A stretch of 56,158 nucleotides of DNA, taken from IMG/VR virus record IMGVR_UViG_3300022902_001182, positions 1 to 56,158 of that record; one strand, given 5' to 3'. A program made the translations under genes and the position numbers. Of the stretch, positions 9,675 through 19,339 are shown piece by piece. The notes beneath the pieces are model-generated. The model was not told where the DNA came from and made no database searches. It saw only the letters and a list, made by a program, of their open reading frames with translations. How positions within the stretch are numbered: position 1 is the first letter of the stretch; each line of letters starts with the position of its first letter. Source of the stretch: a virus (lineage: Duplodnaviria; Caudoviricetes).

Positions 9675-11465
9675 TTACCTAATAACTCCTTGAATATTTT
9701 CATCTGGAAACAGCAATTCTGCAACTGCATTTGCTGGGATTTTTATATATCTTCCATCATCAGATAAATTTGAGTCCATGTTGTGGTAAGAGGAGGAATA
9801 GACACCTCCGGACTTACTTTCTATTTCAACGGTTGTGGTATCCACAACACCAGGGATAGAATTTAGTGCTTTGTAAAAGTCCGTTATATAAATTGGATCG
9901 CCAAAGTTTTTCTTTATATTGATTACAGAATCTTTTATTTTATCTACACAATCGCTTAGTACTTCATACTTGTTTGCTGTGGCATCAACTATCACCTCAA
10001 AGTTAACCCCGTAATTAATTATTTTTCCATCCATAATGTCTAGTGTATCATTCATCATCCGGTAAGAGTTCAACCAGTTTTTAAGGTTTGTCTTGAGTGT
10101 AGTATTGGCAATAGACAAATCACCCTCACTATCTTCGGACAAGACATACAAATTTAGATTTCTTTTGTTGGAGTCGCTGTCTCTTATTATATTGACTCGG
10201 CGAATTCTTCCGAATTTTGAGGGTAATCTATAGCATAACGAGATATAATCTGTTTTTGTTACTGCTCTATTTTGAGAGGCGTATGCCGAATAGGCACGTT
10301 CTCGTATTTCTTCGGGCAGCAAGACGCTTGTATCACCGGTTATCGGCGAATCGTTGGAAGTTTCCAAAGACTGTATTATCTCAGTCATTGTATTCCGGTT
10401 CAAACTTGAGCGCTCTTTGAACACTAAATCTGGGTTGACCACCGAGTTGACTGCTCCGCTCTTCGCATTAGCATTTTCCTGGGTATTTGAACGATACTTT
10501 ATTATCAAGGTTGTGTTCTCGGGAACAACTCCGAACTTATCACTGGTAATCAAATTCGTTGGATCAAAGGTTACATCTGTGGTGTGTGTCCTGCCAACGA
10601 CATCAAGTACAACATCTGCCGGGTCGGAAATCAAATCGCTTGTTAGATTTTCCGAGGATCCATATCCAAATTGTATTGATACATTTCCAATAGCATCATA
10701 TTCCGTTGTAAATCTTCGTGGCACTGATTTAGATTTTAGAACATATGGAACTGTCTCTTTTTCATCTCCATAATTTGGAACTTGGGAGATGACCGTGTCT
10801 TGGGATAAAAAATCAACTTCGTAATATTCATTTCCCTGAGAGTCTGTTACTGATAATATTTCGGAAACGTTCTCGGCATCTATTTCTGCTTTGAAAAATC
10901 TCTGGTAGTCTTCAACAATTAGAGATGTTTCTAACTCTTGCCCCGAAAGTATTTGTCCAAATGCCTTCACAGCATACCAAGTTGGGGAGCCGGTGGAAGA
11001 ATCAACTCTTGCTACAGTTATTTCATTACTGGTATTGGAGAAATTTACATTCTCGTTCAAAGTGTATACATTGCCGCCGTCAGAAGATAGAAGAGCGCCT
11101 CTCTTCAATATCGGAAAATAATCTAAATCTGGTCCGCCGGTTGTAGACGCTGGCACTAAAATATAAAAAGTAGCGGTACCGGTGGAAGAAGCAGCGCCGG
11201 GCATCTTGAAGCCCATTTGTTTAGAGAGGCGAATAATATTTTGATATTCTAGAGCGCTGTCCAGGTAACTCTCGTTTGCCTGATAATCTGCATAAAACGA
11301 AAGTTGGTCTCCGATATATGCTACCATATCTAGCATAAGAGCACCGAAGGAGGCTTCGTTAAAATCCTTATAAGTTGACGGATAATATCTCTTGGCATAA
11401 TTGACAAGATCATTTTTTATGTTTTTAAAATCTCTGTTTGTATAAGATATGGGTCTTTTCGGCAT
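9675..11465 (-). CDS. Baseplate wedge subunit (T4 gp6 / baseplate J-like)
   Basis: YTNRDFKNIKNDL...YKDFNEASFGALMLDMVAYIGDQLSFYADYQANESYL N-terminus and ASQNRAVTKTDY motif, typical of gp6; adjacent to the gp25-like gene. Confidence 0.9.
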   Translation of the reverse strand: MPKRPISYTNRDFKNIKNDLVNYAKRYYPSTYKDFNEASFGALMLDMVAYIGDQLSFYADYQANESYLDSALEYQNIIRLSKQMGFKMPGAASSTGTATFYILVPASTTGGPDLDYFPILKRGALLSSDGGNVYTLNENVNFSNTSNEITVARVDSSTGSPTWYAVKAFGQILSGQELETSLIVEDYQRFFKAEIDAENVSEILSVTDSQGNEYYEVDFLSQDTVISQVPNYGDEKETVPYVLKSKSVPRRFTTEYDAIGNVSIQFGYGSSENLTSDLISDPADVVLDVVGRTHTTDVTFDPTNLITSDKFGVVPENTTLIIKYRSNTQENANAKSGAVNSVVNPDLVFKERSSLNRNTMTEIIQSLETSNDSPITGDTSVLLPEEIRERAYSAYASQNRAVTKTDYISLCYRLPSKFGRIRRVNIIRDSDSNKRNLNLYVLSEDSEGDLSIANTTLKTNLKNWLNSYRMMNDTLDIMDGKIINYGVNFEVIVDATANKYEVLSDCVDKIKDSVINIKKNFGDPIYITDFYKALNSIPGVVDTTTVEIESKSGGVYSSSYHNMDSNLSDDGRYIKIPANAVAELLFPDENIQGVIR

Positions 11466-11488
11466 ATAACTTCCCCAGTTTGCTTCAA

Positions 11489-11496
11489 TAATTAGT
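11489..11496 (-). promoter_or_regulatory. Putative phage late promoter (ACTAATTA) upstream of the gp6-like gene
   Basis: Instance of the recurring intergenic motif, 23 nt before the ATG; no -35 element nearby. Confidence 0.5.
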
Positions 11497-11513
11497 GTTC
11501 TTATTGGGTTTAT

Positions 11514-11903
11514 TTAGGCTATCGTGAGAGTATCTTTACTGTCCACTGAGCCAAGGTTGTAATTTATGGAAATAGCCACTCTATTTGTATCCTCTCCTAG
11601 TGCGTCAGTTACCGGTGCAAATCTGACATCTTCTATAACAACAAATGGCATAAACCTTCTGGTTTGTTCATTTATTGATACAATAACTTTTTCACGCAGT
11701 CTCGGATCTATATTTTCAAACAACAATCTTTTTAGCCCTACCCCAAAATCTGGTATCATGATTCTTTCACCTGGACTTGTAAGGAGCAGGTTCTTAAAAT
11801 TTTGTTTTACTGTTTGACCAATATTCTTATTCAACCTAAATGGACCATCTATTGGATCGTAGGTTAAAGGTAGCCTTACAGAAATTCCTTCTAACTTTGA
11901 CAT
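11514..11903 (-). CDS. Baseplate wedge / sheath initiator, GPW/gp25 family
   Basis: VKQNFKNLLLTSPGERIMIPDFGVGLKRLLFE is the gp25 family signature. Confidence 0.92.
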   Translation of the reverse strand: MSKLEGISVRLPLTYDPIDGPFRLNKNIGQTVKQNFKNLLLTSPGERIMIPDFGVGLKRLLFENIDPRLREKVIVSINEQTRRFMPFVVIEDVRFAPVTDALGEDTNRVAISINYNLGSVDSKDTLTIA

Positions 11904-11924
11904 GTTTCTTTACCGCCTTATACC

Positions 11925-11932
11925 TAAATATC
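11925..11932 (-). promoter_or_regulatory. Putative late promoter (GATATTTA) upstream of the gp25-like gene
   Basis: Motif instance in a 33-bp intergenic gap. Confidence 0.45.
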
Positions 11933-11936
11933 TCTA

Positions 11937-14900
11937 TTATTCAATTTGGTGACGGGATAACTCATTTTCTAGAGTATCTAAATCCGACAAAATTCTTTCT
12001 TTTCTAAACTCGTAGGTGAATTGTCCATTTATTGGTATGCCCGAGTTTCTTATACTATCATATAGGTCCTGGATATCATCAACGCTATCCATTACGCCCG
12101 GCTGGCCGTAGTCGCCGCCGGCGATATCCTGGAGACCACTAAGCCCTACTGCCATCGTTCTTTGGTCTACACGCGTTCCGATGAGGCGATTTTTCCAGTT
12201 GAAAATAAGGTTTCGGGTCGGCGCGTCCTCATCCCTGCCGGCGTCGGCAATGCCATAAGCACTAAATGACGCTAAAATTTCTACTAAATCCGCGAGGAAA
12301 TCCTCAATACCATCTTCCAAATCAATTCCCTCTTGAAGGTCTAAACCCCCGAGTCTGAGGAAGTTCTTGAATTCTCTGCTTATATTGTCTACAATATTCT
12401 GAAAAGACTGCGAAGCCGATGACCCGCTAATCATAGCTGTGGAGTAGGTCCTCACCATCCAACTGGCAATGCTCATCCCGTCTAGATCTTGTTCGGCGGC
12501 AGCCTCGGCGGATCTTTCTAAACTATCTGCCTCTCTCCATAGGCGATCATAGGTAGACCTGTGTTCATTTAAAACAGCAATACTTGTAAACAGTAACGAT
12601 GCGCGGATTTCCCTTATCTTCTCTTCTAGCTCGTCAGTACTGAAGAATACTGCCGGTTCGCCGTCAATATTCAAGTATGCTGGAAATTTAGATTGGGGAG
12701 TTGGGTCTGCTGCAATATATTCTTTTAGCTCTTCTATTTCATTGAACTGTGACTGTGGGTCTACAAGTGGCTTAATATCCCTTGATTTAGTAGCAAGTTC
12801 ATAATATAAATGATTAATCGCCACTTTCTCCAAAGTATTTTCGTGTGCCGGTAAAGCTTTAGCACAGTCATACATATCTTCCGGAGTTGATAAGTTTACT
12901 GTTCCATAACGGGTCGCGGCCGGGGTGTCGCGAAGAGACCTTAAAGAATCAGATTCATCGGGGTCGCGAAAGACATCACCGCCATCAAAAAAGTTTGCGA
13001 TGCCGTCGTATACGGAGCCCATCCATGCGCCTATTAGCCAAGGTCCGATCGCCGTCAAAGTGAGTAGAGCGCTGCCCGCGCCGGACCAACTAAATATATC
13101 GTTTCTTGCATCTTCTGATATTGATCCTAGTCCAGAATTTAAAATTGTAGTGACGTGGTTATTATCATATACTCCGGGAGACCACATATTTTGCTTAAGC
13201 TGGTGGGTTCTCAGAAATACAGTGATCGCCCTAGCTTGTTCGGATGCGTTGGGGTGGTCGTTAGCGTCTTTGTAGGCTGCGATGAGAGTTGCGTCTGCAT
13301 CGTCAGACGGTGCCCAGCCTATTAGTCTGGCACGTTCATACCAAGCCCATGGATTAAACTGCATTGATCCGCTCTGAGAATCGGGTGCGCCCATCGCGAT
13401 CGCTAGGTTTTCATGACGAGACATGAAATCGTATTTCAAGGCTGCGATAATAAGTTTCTTTTGCCCGGCAACCGTAGGATATAGAACTCTAAACTCTCTA
13501 AATGTTCTCGGGTTTGAATATATGTGGTTAAACGATACTTTGAATTGGGTCACGTTTTGTTCAAGCTTTATCGGGTTGCCGTCGTCATCTGTTATCGGGT
13601 CGCCAAACTCGTTTGCCGCCCGCTGGAGATAAGAATTAGGGGCATATGAAGTTTGAAGCGTTGCTAGTGGTCCGAACATTCTCTCAAGACTAAATATTCG
13701 CTGTCTTTGTTCTTCAAGAAATTCAATTCTTTTCTCCACTTCTTCCTTTGAATAATATGTATTGCCGCCAATGACAACAGGATACCCATCATATGGGTGA
13801 CTGAAAATTGTAATGTTTTGATCATTGATTGCGCTCAGTAGAGCGTCATCCGCCAAAGCAACCCGCTGTCCAGCATAAAAATTCAGCGATGGGAACTTTT
13901 TAACAAAGTTGACACCCTTGTCATAATGAATAATATTCAGAGCGATTGTTAGAGGTACGGGAACATAATTTTGAAAGACTGCTGAACCCCAAATGGCTGG
14001 GGATATTGGTCCGAGGGAGGACTGTCCGTCTATCAAAGTAGCATTAGATAAAGAAGCTTCTGATAAGTCATATTGGTTATATATATCATCGCCTAGGCTT
14101 CTTAGTCTTTCCGATGTTCCACTTTGGACATATTCTGCTAGTGCGGTGAACCAATCCCCGGTCATATTATCTTCAAAAATGTTTTTGTTTACCGTAGTGG
14201 ATGCTCTGTTAAATTCAAGGCGTTTAAGCATTTGTAGAAAACACTGTTCAACTATATATTCTAATTTTGCCCTCACTGTTTCTTTAGATCTGATATCAAA
14301 TGTAATTTCTGGGGCTGGACCATCCGGATCTTCTTGTCGTACTATTTTATCTTGCCGGTCGTTCGGCATAAAATCTTCAATATATTGGATAGAATTATAA
14401 TATAAATCTAATATGTTTTTTTCTCTCATATCTTTTTCTATTTCTGCTGCCAAATATGAAGAGACCATTTTAACCGTGTCCGGAGTTTTCCAAGACATAT
14501 AGACTCGTGACAGGGGTCCGGCATTCATTAGGAAGTTTACTATCCGGACCTGTATTCCCCCTAATGCAGCAACTGCTATAACCTCTTCATTGGGGTTTAA
14601 ACAGAGCGGGTCGTCCACCGTAGTAAAATTTGGTTCTGCCATAGTGGCGGTGATTTTTCGTAGTTTACGCTGTCCACGATCAGTCAAATAAAAGTTTTTT
14701 AGTTGATCTTTGATTGTCTCGTATGTATTTTCTGCCAGTAAACCAAATTTATATGGGTTCGGGTCTGACGGGTCTAAATGTGCGCTAGCTATAGAAGTTG
14801 CGCCCTTGAGCATACGTCCAATTCTTTCTATACTGTCACCCTGTCCCACAGGGGGATATCCCATTCTCTTCAGCCAAAGGTTTGGGCGTCCATAGGTATT

Positions 14901-17900
14901 ATGCATATCATGTGGGCTTATATTATCACCAGGTTTATTTGTCTCAGATAACTCGAACGACGAGATGAGTTTCATATTTTCACCCGGTGGTTTGTAATAT
15001 ATTCCTACTCTATTCTCTCCCAGAAAAGTAAAGGATGTCTCGCCGGTGTTACCGCCGCTTACAGACCATTTTATATGTCCAGCAGAGGCTTCTGTGGACC
15101 GTAGGTGAGAGGCGATACTAAGTTCTAGGGCAAGCTTTGAATCACCATAAAACTGGTTAGCAGCCTGATACATTTGAGTTTCTTCTATTGGTGTGCCGGC
15201 TAGCGCCTGCGATGGTGCTTTAGCTTGTTGTAAAAGTGCTTCCTTGATTGCGTTAGCTGCTGCATTACTGTAAGAGGAAATCTTCGCCAGAAGGTCTGTA
15301 TAGAATTGCGGTGGTCCGAGAGTGGCTGTAAATTCTTCAATCTCTGCCTGAAACGAGAAATTCGCCTTCATTAGGTCGCATAATCCCTGCACCTTTTTTA
15401 TTTTGGAATCAATTTGTTTATCAATTTGTGCTTCTAGTTGTACCTGAGTTAGCCCCATTGCTACCGGTGTCGGGACTAGCGGGTCGCGAATATCACAATA
15501 AGCCCGGTTTGGATCTAACCCAGGTAAAGAACCAACGATGTCGCCAAGGTGTTCCCCAAGTATTCTATAATATTGTTCTATTTTTTGGGGGGTGAGTCCA
15601 AATGTTGCGTAGATAATATCTCCATATTGGAGAGAGTGTTGGCGCTCGGCGAGTACTAGAGGGTTGCTTAGTTCCTCTCTGGTTAAACCGTCCAAGTTTG
15701 CCTGTCCACGATTGACCATTTCGTCTACAACCCCAACTGTAGATTCGGAAGCATTTGATGCCAATATCCCAAGAACTTCTCCCTTGAGTAAAACATCTGA
15801 AGTATCCTGGTTGAACTGTCTTAGTTGTTCTAGGAGCGGTGGTGAGATTTGCTTATTCTTTGGGTCATCCTCTGTTGGTCTAAAGTAGATGTTTTTTATA
15901 TCTGCCAACTCGGCGATTGCCAATAGATCTATACCACCCTTTTTATCAATCAAATCATTTATTTGAAGCTCACCATAACTTGCTATTTCAGACTCTCTCT
16001 TAAAATCTGGGGTAGGCTTATCCGCCGATTCTTCTGGTCCACAGCCAAGAGCCGCAGAAACTAAATCTTTAAATATCCCCAGAATCAACTGCTCAATATA
16101 ATTTAAAAGAAGCTGCTTAAACTTCTTTCTCCAGGCTTTAAAAAAATCTCTTGTTGGAGATTTAGAGAATTTGATGCCCCTAGGAGGCTTGACAGCGGCT
16201 GTCAGCATTTTACTAGCGCCGGGGGGAACACCAGCGGGATCTAGTATTTGTTCTTTTATGACATCTCCGATAATGTCAAATATACAAAACAGTTCTTGAT
16301 TTATTTCTCTCTCAATCAGCCGGGCAACCTCGTCTGGGTGTTCCGCATAGAATTGTGCCTGTCCGATGACATATTTTGCAGTCTTATCTGAAATTATTTG
16401 GTCACGGAGAATTGTAATAGCAAGCGCAACTAAATCCTTAGTCTTCGCCTTGCGGCTCATCATAGTATATAATCTCATACCATTACGCAGTATGGCTGCT
16501 TGATCCGTGCTACATGATCCTGCGGAAGACGCCAGGACAGAACGGACAGAAGAATACATATCCTTATCCCCGAAAAGGCGGGATCTTACTTTTTCCCTGG
16601 ATCTTGCTGCGGTGATGTGTACCTCGTTGGATGGACGAGTATTTCTCTTTTTAGCTGCTTCTTTTCTTTTATTTTGGACATCTTTAGGGTAAATTACCGG
16701 GGAGGGCCAGGTATAAGTTTGTATGAACTCCATCCACCCAAGTGACTCTTCGTGGTTATCTTTAGTTAGAACCGTGGAAATATCTGGTGAGAAAAATATG
16801 TATCCAAATGTTGTTGGGGAAATATCATAGAAGACTCCCTTAGAGGGTGTTCCCTCTTCGGCTATCTTTGTTATACCGTTTAAGTATATTTTTCCTTCAA
16901 CAACAATGTACTGAAGCTCAAAGCTAGCGCTGAACTTGAACTCTATTTTATCGCTGGCTGCGGGCTGCAGCTTATTCAGCTTAAAAAACTTCTCTAATAC
17001 GGAGTAGAATGTTGATAAACTATCAAGTTCTTTTTTTAGGTCAAGTCCGCTCATTGTAGATGGGTCTGCGCCATTTGCTGTTGCTTGTTCGTGGTATTTT
17101 CCAAGAACACGAACAGTCGCTGCTATATTACTCTTTAGTCCCGAGATAGTGAAGGCAACCTGTCGGTCGGCGCTCATATTTTCAAGAATATATAGAGAGG
17201 TGGCTAAGTTTGAAAGAGTAGAGTCAGCATCTGCCTCTGTCCCGTCAGAAGGTAGCCCATCTATTAGAGCTTTTGATATCTTCCCACTAACTATCCACCT
17301 GCGGGGGGGCGGGGGAATAACTCTTTTGACATTAGAATCAGAAGGAGAATCTTCAGATTCTTTTAGTATTGGACGATCAGGATCTCCATAAAATGTTTCT
17401 ACCGTTGTTCTTCCTAGAATATCCTCATTCTGCCGATTTTCTGGTGTAAACTTCCCCGCAGATCTTAAAATAGCGCCCAGTGCGATACCTTTAAACGTTG
17501 CTATTTTGTCTATCAAGGGGGCGTTGTTTCCAATTGTGCCAAGATCCCATTCGCTGCTATCTAGACTATCCGTTCGTTGGACAAAATAATACATATTATC
17601 GTCGCGACAATAATATGGTTCCGGATTTGGGTTATTGGCAGGAGCGTTGACAAACGGGTTCGTGCCAGTTTTAATATTTTTTGGTGTTGAGCCCTCAGCT
17701 TCTATATCTTCCTCTGCCGCTGAAGCGGGTGCCGGGGTTTCACCAAATGATTTTAATATATCTTTTTTTCTCTGCGATGATATTACATCCGGAGGTGATG
17801 TTAGCTGTGCCCAGTCACTTGAGTCTGGGGTAGACGAAGCGTTGGTTTGGTTATCGGGGTCCTGGAACTCCTCGGTTGTTACTGTTAACAAATTTCTGCC

Positions 17901-18383
17901 ACCAAATGATCCGCCACGAGCAATCATGGCCGTGATTATTCCACCAAGCTGAGTTCTTGATGCCTCGGCAGTAATGGGAGATAAAATCAAGGGTCCACCC
18001 AAAGCGGTGTCAGAAGGGTTAACCGGACTATCTTCTGGGACATCCGTGGCAGGGGCGGTCAGCGATCTAAGAACTTCAGCGTTTTGTGGGTATAGCGCCG
18101 CATAAGCCAAGGCATCAGGGCGAGTTATCATGTTGTTCGGGATACCGTTAGTAGCACCCGCTAGCGGTCCTGTTGCCTCAAGAACTAAACCAATCTTTGG
18201 AAAACTACCATATTTCAGGAAATATAAATGGATGCCGGTTATTATCCATTGGCTTCGGGGAGTTTCGTAATCATAGCTTCCGTTTCTTCCGCCGATTTCA
18301 GAAGTGATCGCCACTTCCGTAGAAGTGAAACTACCAGGAAGTGGGTTGATGATATTTTTTTGGTGGTCGCTGATTCTTGCCAT
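11937..18383 (-). CDS. Large hypothetical protein (2148 aa), probably virion-associated
   Basis: Long open frame between the spike-like and gp25-like genes; no catalytic motif recognised. Confidence 0.75.
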   Translation of the reverse strand: MARISDHQKNIINPLPGSFTSTEVAITSEIGGRNGSYDYETPRSQWIITGIHLYFLKYGSFPKIGLVLEATGPLAGATNGIPNNMITRPDALAYAALYPQNAEVLRSLTAPATDVPEDSPVNPSDTALGGPLILSPITAEASRTQLGGIITAMIARGGSFGGRNLLTVTTEEFQDPDNQTNASSTPDSSDWAQLTSPPDVISSQRKKDILKSFGETPAPASAAEEDIEAEGSTPKNIKTGTNPFVNAPANNPNPEPYYCRDDNMYYFVQRTDSLDSSEWDLGTIGNNAPLIDKIATFKGIALGAILRSAGKFTPENRQNEDILGRTTVETFYGDPDRPILKESEDSPSDSNVKRVIPPPPRRWIVSGKISKALIDGLPSDGTEADADSTLSNLATSLYILENMSADRQVAFTISGLKSNIAATVRVLGKYHEQATANGADPSTMSGLDLKKELDSLSTFYSVLEKFFKLNKLQPAASDKIEFKFSASFELQYIVVEGKIYLNGITKIAEEGTPSKGVFYDISPTTFGYIFFSPDISTVLTKDNHEESLGWMEFIQTYTWPSPVIYPKDVQNKRKEAAKKRNTRPSNEVHITAARSREKVRSRLFGDKDMYSSVRSVLASSAGSCSTDQAAILRNGMRLYTMMSRKAKTKDLVALAITILRDQIISDKTAKYVIGQAQFYAEHPDEVARLIEREINQELFCIFDIIGDVIKEQILDPAGVPPGASKMLTAAVKPPRGIKFSKSPTRDFFKAWRKKFKQLLLNYIEQLILGIFKDLVSAALGCGPEESADKPTPDFKRESEIASYGELQINDLIDKKGGIDLLAIAELADIKNIYFRPTEDDPKNKQISPPLLEQLRQFNQDTSDVLLKGEVLGILASNASESTVGVVDEMVNRGQANLDGLTREELSNPLVLAERQHSLQYGDIIYATFGLTPQKIEQYYRILGEHLGDIVGSLPGLDPNRAYCDIRDPLVPTPVAMGLTQVQLEAQIDKQIDSKIKKVQGLCDLMKANFSFQAEIEEFTATLGPPQFYTDLLAKISSYSNAAANAIKEALLQQAKAPSQALAGTPIEETQMYQAANQFYGDSKLALELSIASHLRSTEASAGHIKWSVSGGNTGETSFTFLGENRVGIYYKPPGENMKLISSFELSETNKPGDNISPHDMHNTYGRPNLWLKRMGYPPVGQGDSIERIGRMLKGATSIASAHLDPSDPNPYKFGLLAENTYETIKDQLKNFYLTDRGQRKLRKITATMAEPNFTTVDDPLCLNPNEEVIAVAALGGIQVRIVNFLMNAGPLSRVYMSWKTPDTVKMVSSYLAAEIEKDMREKNILDLYYNSIQYIEDFMPNDRQDKIVRQEDPDGPAPEITFDIRSKETVRAKLEYIVEQCFLQMLKRLEFNRASTTVNKNIFEDNMTGDWFTALAEYVQSGTSERLRSLGDDIYNQYDLSEASLSNATLIDGQSSLGPISPAIWGSAVFQNYVPVPLTIALNIIHYDKGVNFVKKFPSLNFYAGQRVALADDALLSAINDQNITIFSHPYDGYPVVIGGNTYYSKEEVEKRIEFLEEQRQRIFSLERMFGPLATLQTSYAPNSYLQRAANEFGDPITDDDGNPIKLEQNVTQFKVSFNHIYSNPRTFREFRVLYPTVAGQKKLIIAALKYDFMSRHENLAIAMGAPDSQSGSMQFNPWAWYERARLIGWAPSDDADATLIAAYKDANDHPNASEQARAITVFLRTHQLKQNMWSPGVYDNNHVTTILNSGLGSISEDARNDIFSWSGAGSALLTLTAIGPWLIGAWMGSVYDGIANFFDGGDVFRDPDESDSLRSLRDTPAATRYGTVNLSTPEDMYDCAKALPAHENTLEKVAINHLYYELATKSRDIKPLVDPQSQFNEIEELKEYIAADPTPQSKFPAYLNIDGEPAVFFSTDELEEKIREIRASLLFTSIAVLNEHRSTYDRLWREADSLERSAEAAAEQDLDGMSIASWMVRTYSTAMISGSSASQSFQNIVDNISREFKNFLRLGGLDLQEGIDLEDGIEDFLADLVEILASFSAYGIADAGRDEDAPTRNLIFNWKNRLIGTRVDQRTMAVGLSGLQDIAGGDYGQPGVMDSVDDIQDLYDSIRNSGIPINGQFTYEFRKERILSDLDTLENELSRHQIE

Positions 18384-18406
18384 TATTAACTCTTTTTTAG
18401 TTTGTT

Positions 18407-19339
18407 TTAGTTTGTATTGTTATAAGCACTACAAATATAGCCCTCACCCCAAGGCCATAAATAGTTTTGTTCTACCATTATACAGTTTTGCTGATGGGCT
18501 AAGATGTCCGTCATAAACGGGGTAACCTTCACAGTAAACTCGTTGAATGCAAAAGCAGCCGCGTCAGGCGATGGAGAGGTTGGGTTTCCGGGAGCAGTAG
18601 TAATATGAGTATGAACTGCGAATGACGCCAACATCCGAGTATAGGTTACAAAGTGAGTTAATAAAAGACCATTTAGGTCGGCGACTAACTCTATAACTTC
18701 GCTAAGTGCCTCAACTGTTTTATCACCTTTTATCAGGGGTTCTAGTTCATAATCGTTATTTCCGGCAATAAGATCAATCCCTTGAATCGCATCTATTTTT
18801 ATTCCCTGTGAGTTATAGTTATCAACTCCGGTTATTAGCTTAATCCCTTCCCTGCCTATTATTCTAACGCCGTCAGCTTTTATTGCAATACCAGAACGAG
18901 AGCCGGGATTTCCCACAAAACCAGCAGCTAAGTTAAAATTCTCATCTATATCGGTTTTCTGACTAACATAAATTCTTGCTGCGTCTAATGAGGTGGACTT
19001 ATTGGTGTATATCTTTTCACCTTTTTCGTTTGTCTCCTTCGCAAAACGGCCAGATAATCCTGCTATGATATCTATACAAGAACTATGAGAATGTCCCTTG
19101 CCACCATAACCACTGCTTTCATCGGACGGGCGGTCGCGACCAATTATAATATATTGCCCGTTTTTTCCTCCTGCAATGTCTGTTTCGTTGTTATGGGGGT
19201 TGTGATAATTTGGATGAGGCTCTACGAGGTTATCATTGTCAAAACCACTATTGTTTTTATAATAATCTTGTACCTTCCCTTTTTCCTCAAGGGTGACGGG
19301 ACTCAGATTTGACATCAAATGAGTATGGATTTTTGCCAT
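18407..19339 (-). CDS. Baseplate hub/central spike protein (gp5 C-terminal/gpV-like)
   Basis: Beta-strand repeats (IAIKADGVRIIGREGIKLITG, IDLIAGN) and a C-terminal HTH(ITTAPGNPTSPS) HxH metal-binding spike-tip motif; located in the baseplate cluster. Confidence 0.65.
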   Translation of the reverse strand: MAKIHTHLMSNLSPVTLEEKGKVQDYYKNNSGFDNDNLVEPHPNYHNPHNNETDIAGGKNGQYIIIGRDRPSDESSGYGGKGHSHSSCIDIIAGLSGRFAKETNEKGEKIYTNKSTSLDAARIYVSQKTDIDENFNLAAGFVGNPGSRSGIAIKADGVRIIGREGIKLITGVDNYNSQGIKIDAIQGIDLIAGNNDYELEPLIKGDKTVEALSEVIELVADLNGLLLTHFVTYTRMLASFAVHTHITTAPGNPTSPSPDAAAFAFNEFTVKVTPFMTDILAHQQNCIMVEQNYLWPWGEGYICSAYNNTN

